Below are positions 24,011-31,897 of a stretch of 31,897 nt of DNA, piece by piece. Source of the stretch: Octopus sinensis (taxonomy: Eukaryota); the NCBI RefSeq assembly GCF_006345805.1, contig NW_021829670.1:1-31897 (forward strand), given 5' to 3'. The translations under genes and the position numbers were made by a program. The number at the start of each line of letters is the position of its first letter. The first letter of the stretch is position 1. Under the pieces are notes generated by a model, which searched no databases, was not told the DNA's origin, and worked only from the letters and a program-made list of their open reading frames with translations.

Positions 24011-24299
24011 TATTTACATTATTTACAGTATTTACATTTGATGGATATTTATCCTCATCTTGTTTGTTGTTAACACGTTTCAGCTGATATAACTTCCAGC
24101 CTTCTTCAGGTGTCTTGGGGAAATTTCGAACCTGGGTTCTCATTCCTAAGGTATTTTTCGGTGTTATTATTATTCGAACTCGGAATCTTGGGGTTAGTAG
24201 CCCGCGCTCTTAACCACTACGCCATATGCCCACAGGTATATGGCGTAGTGGTTAAACAGGATGTAAATAATGTACATAATTCCTAATCTCTTACATATA
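24011..24299. mobile_element. Second, internally deleted copy of the palindromic tRNA-head/hammerhead element, nested in a SINE
   Basis: Same left arm as 27111-27390 with an intact tRNA-like head on the minus strand (ggcatatggcgtagtggttaagagcgcgggctactaaccccaagattccgagttcgaa). Same centre (atatgcccacaggtatatggcgtagtgg) and same right terminus (aatgtacataattcctaatctcttacatatag). Direct repeat gaa(c/t)tggggtcaattt at 23995-24010 and 24300-24315. Confidence 0.8.
24072..24114 (-). ncRNA. Degenerate hammerhead motif (core intact, cleavage-site region deleted)
   Basis: GACAC CUGAAGA A GGCUG...CAGCU GAAA CGU GUU; a 3-nt deletion relative to the 27159 copy removes the H of NUH. Confidence 0.5.
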
Positions 24300-24393
24300 G
24301 AATTGGGGTCAATTTCTTCGACTACAAGTTTTCAAAGCGGTGTCTCAGCATGACTGCAGTCTAATGACTGAAACATGTAAAAAGAATAAAAGA

Positions 24394-24424
<31 letters not shown>

Positions 24425-24435
24425 ATATATATATA

Positions 24436-24552
24436 TGGCTGTGTGGAGGGCAGACATGACTATTTTAAGAAGTTCCGGTTACAGTCCCACTGCGACGCAC
24501 CTTGGACCAGCCAAACCCTTGTGAGAGGATCTGGTAGACGGAAACTGAAAGC
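24436..24552 (+). mobile_element. SINE family A head fragment (diverged)
   Basis: tggctgtgtgg...cagtcccactgcg...ccttgtgagaggatctggtagacggaaactgaaag. Confidence 0.6.
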
Positions 24553-24865
24553 GCGCACGTTGTCTATAGAAATATCTTGTTTTTGGAATGGTGAGGTCGA
24601 AGTAGATAAAGCTATAAATAATAGCGTGTAGATATGGGTTTAAAAATACTTTTGGAAAAAGTCGAAGGTTGCCAACTGTATTTTTTTTTATCCACGCTTT
24701 TATTAACAGCTTCATCTGCTTTATGTTTCACCGTTCCCAAAAATAATTATTTCCGTTCCCTCGAAGTTTCTTAATCCTTATAAGGCAACACACATTATAT
24801 CAATGTTATCTGATATCCTTACATGCGTATTAGATCACAAGTTAGGATGACAGATATTTTTTTAA

Positions 24866-25093
24866 CCCTTTAGCATTTAAACCAGCCATATCCGGTAAAA
24901 ATATTCTACCTGTTCTATGTTCAAACAGGCCAGACGTGATTTCTCACACCTAACCTACAATGTCATTCTAAAAAAAAAAAAAAAAATTGTTGCATCATCA
25001 AAATTTCAAAGCAACAAAATAATGCATGATTAAGTCAAAACAATGTTAATAAATAAGTGTTACTTTTGATAGAATAATGTGAATGCTGAAGGG
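24866..25093. mobile_element. piggyBac-type MITE
   Basis: TTAA|ccctttagcatt ... aatgctgaaggg|tttaa; short imperfect TIR with TTAA-like flanks. Confidence 0.6.
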
Positions 25094-25259
25094 TTTAAAG
25101 ATCTATTAAGAAACATATAGACTTTCTGCTGCTGCTTAGAAATATGATGAGGTTTACAACGTGGTTTTTTTTTTTTAACCAATGAAATGAAGCAGATATT
25201 CAGTAAGGAGGCCTACTAATAATTAAAATAAACCGTAATATTCAGAAGGTAATACTTAC

Positions 25260-25449
25260 CGTCCAGTCTTGGTTATAATCATTTCTGTACCCAGAGTGTG
25301 AAACTTCTGCCATAAGTCTCTGTTTTCTAAAACAATCTTTATTGTTTTGTCACTGGTCTCCACCTGACCGCCACCCGGTCCGCTGATCATTCGCTTGTGA
25401 TCGTGGGTTGCTAGATGTGGGTAGGTACTGAACTGCTGCCCTTGACCAA
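25260..25449 (-). CDS. T-box gene exon A (190 nt): N-terminal region plus T-box start LWQKFHTLGTEMIITKTGR
   Basis: Minus strand: pyrimidine tract ttctttctatccttctgtctcctggttactcag|TTGGTCAAGGG...AAGACTGGACG|gtaagt. Open frame encoding the T-box signature GTEMIITK. The 3' boundary is certain. The 5' acceptor (phase 1) is likely; an in-frame ATG (KRMISG) is an alternative start. Not listed in the ORF track. Confidence 0.93.
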
Positions 25450-25752
25450 CTGAGTAACCAGGAGACAGAAGGATAGAAAGAATAGCAAGAACAAAACACC
25501 AGTAGCGATAACATTGGGATTACAGTTTTCATAAGAGAGAAAGTTACAACAGTCGTAAACTTGTAATGAGCCACGACTTAAGTGAGGCCATAAAATAAAG
25601 TCAAACTTGAACTGAGATTATATTGTTTAGACATCTCTTAAATACAGCTGTATATTTGCAATATAACAGATTGTAAGATTGTGATTTCGATTCCTGAACC
25701 GGACGATGAGTTGTGTTCTCGAGTAAAAGACCTCATTTCACGTTGCTCCAGT

Positions 25753-26056
25753 TGTTTGTTCCTTCTCGAGCCATGCCTGGCTCATAAGGGCCGGTTTCCC
25801 GGTTTCCTTGGCGTATAGGTTCCCCACCTGGACGGGACGCCGGTCCGTCGCAGGTGACCTGCAAGATGCAGGAGGAAAGTGTGAGAGAAAGTTGTGGCGA
25901 AAGAGTCAGCAGAAGTTCGCCATTACCTGCTGCCGGAGCCGCGTGGAGCTTAGGTGTTTCGCTCATAAACACACACATCGCCCGGTCTGAGATTCGAACC
26001 TGCGATTCCACGATCGTGAGTCCGCTGCTCTAATCACTAGGCCATGTGCCTCCACT
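25753..26056 (-). mobile_element. tRNA-derived SINE family C, full length with 12-bp TSD, nested in an older related SINE (about 25660-26170)
   Basis: Minus-strand head gtggaggcacatggcctagtgattagagcagcggactcacgatcgtggaatcgcaggttcgaatctc with A and B boxes; cgttgctccagt duplicated at 25741-25752 and 26057-26068. Confidence 0.85.
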
Positions 26057-26189
26057 CGTTGCTCCAGTCCACTCACCTGACAAAAATGAGTAATCCTGTG
26101 ACAGACCAGCGTCCTATCCACGTGGGGAATTAATACGCCATAGAAACCGACATGACTCGAGAAGGTAGGTTTACCATTTAAGGTCACCG

Positions 26190-26436
26190 CGCCAGGCTAA
26201 ATGCATAGCGGCGTTTTGTCCGCCTTTACGTTCTGCGTTCAAATGCTGCTGAAGTCAACTTTGCCTTTCATCCTTTTGGAGTCGATAAATTAAGTACCAG
26301 TTGTGTACTGGAGTCGATCTAATCGACTGGCCCCTTCCCCCAAATTTCAGGCCTTGTGCCTATAGTAGAAAGGATCATCATCATCATCATTATCACCACC
26401 ACCACCACCACCACCACCACCACCACCACAACCACC

Positions 26437-26481
<45 letters not shown>

Positions 26482-26521
26482 GTCATCGTCATCGTCATCG
26501 TTATCGTTATCATAATTATTA

Positions 26522-26580
<59 letters not shown>
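26190..26580 (+). mobile_element. SINE family B with compound (CAT)/(CAC)/(CGT)/(TAT) tail
   Basis: Same 3' end as 340-470 (cttgtgcct.tagtagaaaggat) followed by a trinucleotide array. Confidence 0.75.
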
Positions 26581-26769
26581 TCCACCTTAGCGAAGGCGGA
26601 GGTATTGTTTTCAGTCGTGTTTGTTTGTTTCCATTTTTTTTTTGTTAATTAAATTTTTGAGAGCGGTCGGGTTCATTTTTAGTATTCTCGTTTGTGAGAG
26701 CAGTCGAGTTTATTTCAGATATTCTCATTTTAAAAATCATCTCTTGGCGCTCTCTAAGTGCTCTTGTTG

Positions 26770-26770
26770 T

Positions 26771-26805
<35 letters not shown>

Positions 26806-26818
26806 ATTATTATTATTA

Positions 26819-26851
<33 letters not shown>

Positions 26852-26890
26852 CATTATTATTATTATATTATTATTATTATTATTATTATT
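26770..26890 (+). repeat. (TTG)n-(TTA)n compound microsatellite
   Basis: Direct reading. Confidence 0.95.
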
Positions 26891-27158
26891 TGCAACATGA
26901 TTAATTGAACAAAATATCAGAGAATAAAGAATTGGAAAACTTTTTCTTACGTAGAGGTAAAGTTACAGAATAGACGTAAGCTTGTAATGAGGTCTTAGAG
27001 TTGAGTGATAACTGAAAAGAGGCCGTAATGTCAATTCAACTATGAATAATTCTTAAATAAACAGCGGATTTCTGGTTTAAGCACCCCATATAACTAACCC
27101 CTCATAACTTAACATTATTTACATTTGACAGATATTTGTCCTCATCTTGTTTGTTGAT

Positions 27159-27204
27159 AACACAACGTTTCGGCTGATATACACTCCAGCCTTCTTCAGG
27201 TAAC
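27159..27204 (-). ncRNA. Minimal type I hammerhead motif, intact core (GUU triplet), weakened stem I
   Basis: Minus strand GUUAC CUGAAGA A GGCUG GAGUGUAUAU CAGCC GAAA CGU U GUGUU. The copy at 24110-24114 has GACAC in stem I, which would pair fully with GUGUU. Confidence 0.65.
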
Positions 27205-27252
27205 TTGGGGAAATTTCGAACCTGGGTTCTCATTCCTTAGGTATATTTTCGA

Positions 27253-27329
<77 letters not shown>

Positions 27330-27453
27330 TCACTGCCTGGAATTGAACTCGGAATATTGGGGTTTTAACCACTACGCCATATGCCCGTGGGCATAGTGGT
27401 TAAGAGCGCAGGTTATTAACCCCTAAGATTCCAAGTTCGATCCCAAGCAGTGA

Positions 27454-27485
<32 letters not shown>

Positions 27486-27491
27486 TAATAA

Positions 27492-27547
<56 letters not shown>

Positions 27548-27606
27548 TAATAATAATATCGAAAAAATACCTGAGGAATGAAAATCCAGGTTCGAAATTT
27601 CCCCAA

Positions 27607-27652
27607 GGCACCTGTTGAAGGCTGGAGAGTATAACGACCGAAAAGTTGTGTT
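27607..27652 (+). ncRNA. Decayed hammerhead motif in the right arm of the palindromic element
   Basis: GGCAC CUGUUGA A GGCUG...ACGACC GAAA AGU U GUGUU; mutations in the core, stem II and helix III. Confidence 0.4.
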
Positions 27653-28182
27653 AACAACAAACAAAATGAGGTCAAATATCTGTCAAATGTGAATAATGTA
27701 AATAATGTAAAAATAATGTACATAATTCCTCATCTCTTAACTATAGAACTGTACCCTCATAACTTTGTTATTTTTTGGAATTTTCAAAACATTTTTGCGA
27801 ATTTGTGTTCCACATACGGAAATTCATACTATTATGCACAAAAATGGTTTGTGTGAGGGAATGAAGGGCGATTTAGCTGTTATGTTTAGCACATCTCACG
27901 ATCAGCCGATACCTTCCACGTTTCTTTGTCATTCTGACACGTCTTGATATTTTTCAATATTCTTCTCCTTGTAAGGACCATTAAATGATTGATGATACAC
28001 CCAAGGGTGGGATTTAAGCAAAAAGTTCGAACTCTCAGTATTTTAAACTCTGATTTTTAAAAAAATCGGTAAAAGAGTGGAACTTTTAGAATTGGGCAGG
28101 AGGTATGAAAAATTATAAAAAGAAAATTTTATTATCGTATAAATTCAGCTCTACATTACAATTTTTCTTTAATGACTTTGAG

Positions 28183-28366
28183 CAGTGGTTCCCAACCATT
28201 TTTTTTTTGCCTATGGACCTTTCTGATTCCTGTTTTACTCTACTGGATCCCCATATAATTTGTTGAAATATTTTGTGTATTATAGAAGCTTAACCAGATT
28301 TATTGTAGATAAATTTCAACAACAAAATCTTAAACGGACCCCCAAGGGCCATATTAAGAAGCACTG
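28183..28366. mobile_element. hAT (Charlie-like) MITE remnant
   Basis: Termini cagtggttcccaa / ttaagaagcactg; 8-bp flanks actttgag / acttaggt match at 5 of 8 positions (possible decayed TSD). Confidence 0.5.
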
Positions 28367-28833
28367 ACTTAGGTAGAGGGAGAACCTCAGCGCCAATTAA
28401 TTCTTTCCAGGTCTTCCCAGATTCGTGGGAGGAAGGAAGGAAGAAGGGAAGAAAGTAGGAAAAGAATACATCCTTAGATTAACGACATTGGCAAAAAGCT
28501 TATGCTTATTTAAGACGGTAGGGTATGAGTCGAAGAAGTTTGTGTGATGATATTAAGGGCGATTTAGCTGCTATTTCTATCAGGCCAAACGATTGCGCAT
28601 TATCCCTCATTGTCTCTTTTTGATGCCGCTACCTGTGTTGTTGTTGTTATTGTTGTTGCTGCTATTTTAACTGCTTTTCGTGGTGCTGCTGCAGGTGCTG
28701 CTGCTAGTAAGTATGTGTGTGCGTGCGTGTGTGTGTGTGTGCGTGTGTGTATGAGTGAGTGAGAGTACGTGACAGTTGTATGTATGTCATTGTATTCGTG
28801 TGTGTGTATGTGTGCGAATGTGTATGTGTGTGT

Positions 28834-28883
<50 letters not shown>

Positions 28884-29324
28884 GGGAGTATGTGACTGTG
28901 TATGTATATCATTGTATTAGTGTGTGTGTGTGTGTTGAAGCTTAAAATAACGTGAAAAGGGACTAAAAGCGCACACGACAATGAATATGATGATTGATGA
29001 TAAAGGTGATGATGATTGTTGCGCTGATTACAATGGTGGTAGTGAAAGTGTTGTTGTTATTGTTGTTGTTGTTGTGATGGTGGTGGTGGTGATAATGATG
29101 CTGACGTTGAAAGTAAATAAGTAATAAAATAAGAGAGTAATAAGAAAATCAAAGTCGGTGAGAAATAGAAAGGTTGGAGTGGAAGGGAGCAGAAATGGAA
29201 GAAGTAGGAGGAAGAGAAGGAGGAGGAAGAGAAAGAGGAGAGGAAGAAGAGATGGGGAGAACTTTTGAAAATTTACGGCCGAGATTGCTCGTTCGTTACA
29301 GAGTAACGAAGACAGTGGAAGATG

Positions 29325-29355
<31 letters not shown>

Positions 29356-29548
29356 TGTGTATGTGTGTGCCATATCGAAGAGATAAGAAATATAGACTAA
29401 GAACAATGTACATACATACATACATACATACATACATACATACATACATACATACATACATACATACATACACACACACACATACACACATATATATATA
29501 TGCATGTATGTATATATATAATATATAAGAATATATATACATACATAC

Positions 29549-29581
<33 letters not shown>

Positions 29582-30418
29582 CAGATATATATATATATAT
29601 TTATATATATATGTATATATATATCAGTCAAAAATTGTGAAGCATGACTGTCACCACTACTACATGAACCTGAAGATTGCAGAATTTAATGCATGAAAGT
29701 ACTAGTTCAATCAGAATGAACATTTAACATTCTATTATTTTATTTTATTTTATTTTATTTTATTATAATATCTTATATTATATCATTATAAGATTGTAAA
29801 TAAAACGTGAAAATCAGACAAGGTTGGAATCCGTTTTATTAATATATTCTTCTATACACAATCACACACACCCGTATATATATATATCTATATTTATATA
29901 TATACGTATATATTGACATATATACAGACATATGTATACATACATACATACACACATATATATATATATATAGACAATAATAAAGATGGGTTTTATAATA
30001 GAAAAGATAAAAGCTAAAACACACTCATGCATTTAACATACACACACATTTACTGGTTTGAATTATTGTACTGCGGACAATCTTAGGTAATGCCTTCATG
30101 TATTTAATCTAAGCATGAGCAACCATATTTCGAGAATAAGATATGGATTATCATCAGACGGGCCACACTCACCCCCAAAATATATAAAATAAACAAAAAA
30201 CAACTTAAAGTTAATGTTTCGACAGGCGTACCATTCAGAAAGTCCCGTAGGCTGTAGGTTGCTCGTGACTGGTTTAGTCAATCATATCGATCCCTGCACG
30301 TACCTTCAAACCTGGTACTTATTGTATCGAAACCTATTTGTCGGAATGCTAAGGTGCGGTGCGGGACATAAACAAACAATACCGCTTCTAACGGAGAGCA
30401 TGCGTAAAATGAAACACA

Positions 30419-30451
<33 letters not shown>

Positions 30452-31031
30452 ACACACACACCAACACACACACACACACACACATACACACACACTTACA
30501 CACACACACACACACACACTTACACACACACACACACACACTTACACACACGCATACACACACTCAGAAATATACTAGATTGATTTCCAAAGAGTTACTA
30601 AATTTGCTATAGTCTCGACCCGAGGCTACATTACAACTCATTATTTCCAAAGTGTCACACAGTCGGACCACACAGCTATGCTTGTGCTTATATGTGCGAG
30701 TGTGTGTTTGTGAGTATGTAATATATGTATATAAAAATATGTAAGTATATTGTGAACATAATATATGTATGAACGTATATATGTATGAGTGTATGTGCAT
30801 GTGTGTGTGTGTGGGGGGGGTGTACACGTACTCAGCTGGCACAAACGAGTTGTACTTTTAATTCAAAGGGACAGCAATGTCACATTCTGTGTCACACTGA
30901 ATTCCGTAGAGAACTACATTAACGGTACGCATGTCTGTGAAATACTCAGCCACTTGCGCGTTAGTTTCACAATTAGGTTGTTCTTTTGACGGATGAGAGT
31001 GTCATCACCAGCTATATATATACACCCACAC

Positions 31032-31117
<86 letters not shown>

Positions 31118-31188
31118 CATATACATACATATATATAATATATATATAGTAATATATATTATATATATATATAGGTATGGATGTATAT

Positions 31189-31336
31189 GTAAGTGATAGG
31201 TCGTAAGTCGATGACGACCTGTTATACACATTGAAGTTTTACTATAGCGTCGTAAATGTATCGATGCTACTTCCAGTAAACATTGGAGGCATTGTTGTAA
31301 CCACTACCATATATTTATATATATATTATATATATA

Positions 31337-31383
<47 letters not shown>

Positions 31384-31507
31384 TAGGTAGTGGTACAACA
31401 ATGCTCCAATGTTTACTGGAAGTAGCAATCGATACATTTACGACGCTATAGTAAAACTTCAATGTGTATATACAGGTCGTCATCGACTTACGACGTATCA
31501 GACTTAC
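31189..31507. repeat. Foldback inverted repeat: arms about 120 bp (31189-31308 / 31386-31507) around a (TA)n core
   Basis: tcgtaagtcgatgacgacctgttatacacattgaag...ccactacc versus ggtagtgg...cttcaatgtgtatatacaggtcgtcatcgacttacga; core arms differ only by a few single-base indels. Confidence 0.92.
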
Positions 31508-31897
31508 GACCGATCGACTTTACGACGATTGGCGCGCCAGCTCCAGGCAGCAATAATAAATAGTCCAGTTGAAATCAGATAGATAGATAGAGATAGAGAG
31601 AGATAGAGAGTCATGGATAAAGAAAGGCCATAAGTGTATTGAAATGGTGTCAGTCTAGTAGTGAAAGAAGGAGGAGGAGGAGAGAAAAGGGAGAAAGAGC
31701 GAGAGAGTAACTCTCCAATGAAGTGAGGTGGAATAGCTTAACAATTTACAAAACACACACACATGTATGTATGTGTGATATATTATATATATATTATATA
31801 TATATATATAATATAATATATGTATGTATATAAATCAAATAGCAACGTCAATAAAACTAAAACCAAGCCAATGCGTATCAGTAAAGAGGCCATGATT

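Larger units (their letters stand above)
23698..24395 (+). mobile_element. SINE family A interrupted by the palindromic element (24011-24299)
   Basis: Head at 23698; the tail resumes at 24316 (cttcgact...gactgaaacatgtaaaaagaat) exactly where it stopped at 24010. Confidence 0.8.
27111..27753. mobile_element. Palindromic non-autonomous retroelement: two head-to-head tRNA-like heads, (ATT)n/(AAT)n spacers, hammerhead-bearing tails; 12-bp TSD
   Basis: The arms are inverted copies around atgccc-gt-gggcat (27381-27394). ccctcataactt is duplicated at 27099-27110 and 27754-27765. The right head retains a B box (aagttcgatccc). Confidence 0.85.

Noticed and set aside
24176-24230. tRNA-like sequences here and at about 25985-26055 and 27390-27455
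   Set aside because: They have A/B boxes but no complete acceptor stem, and they run into SINE bodies; these are SINE heads, not tRNA genes.
26580-26700. Possible DNA-transposon end (ccaccttagcgaaggcggaggtattgttttc)
   Set aside because: No partner terminus or TSD found; the superfamily cannot be supported.
28625-28710. GCT/GTT-rich stretch tested as a poly-Ala/Gln first exon
   Set aside because: No ATG or credible splice pair on the minus strand; explained as a simple repeat.
31494-31527. Short repeated gacttacgac units resembling a CRISPR-like array
   Set aside because: Irregular 10-bp repeats with 5-6-bp gaps in eukaryotic DNA; better explained as transposon subterminal repeats.

Overview
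Eukaryotic, AT-rich, microsatellite-saturated genomic DNA. The repeat families look like those I recall from Octopus/coleoid cephalopod genomes; the species assignment is inference, not a search result. The only clear host gene is a T-box transcription factor on the minus strand. Four exons (25449-25260, 17272-17005, 9558-9412, 8911-8844) with canonical GT/AG sites and mutually compatible phases splice into a complete T-box domain, most similar from memory to the Tbx6/16 group. Its first and last exons are not identified and may lie outside the window. The introns hold three tRNA-derived SINE families (some nested, with visible target-site duplications), a decayed R4/Dong-like RLE non-LTR retrotransposon inside (TACA)n, a decayed mariner, small piggyBac- and hAT-type MITEs and many simple repeats. 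Almost all ORFs in the supplied track are microsatellite translations. The most interesting signal is five minimal type I hammerhead-ribozyme motifs of the kind known from Penelope-like elements. Three of them sit in a TSD-flanked palindromic element built from two head-to-head tRNA-like promoters, each followed by a hammerhead tail; this element occurs twice in the window. Also notable are complementary (TACA)n/(TATG)n arrays bracketing two T-box exons and a ~320 bp foldback with outward-facing pogo/Tigger-like termini.
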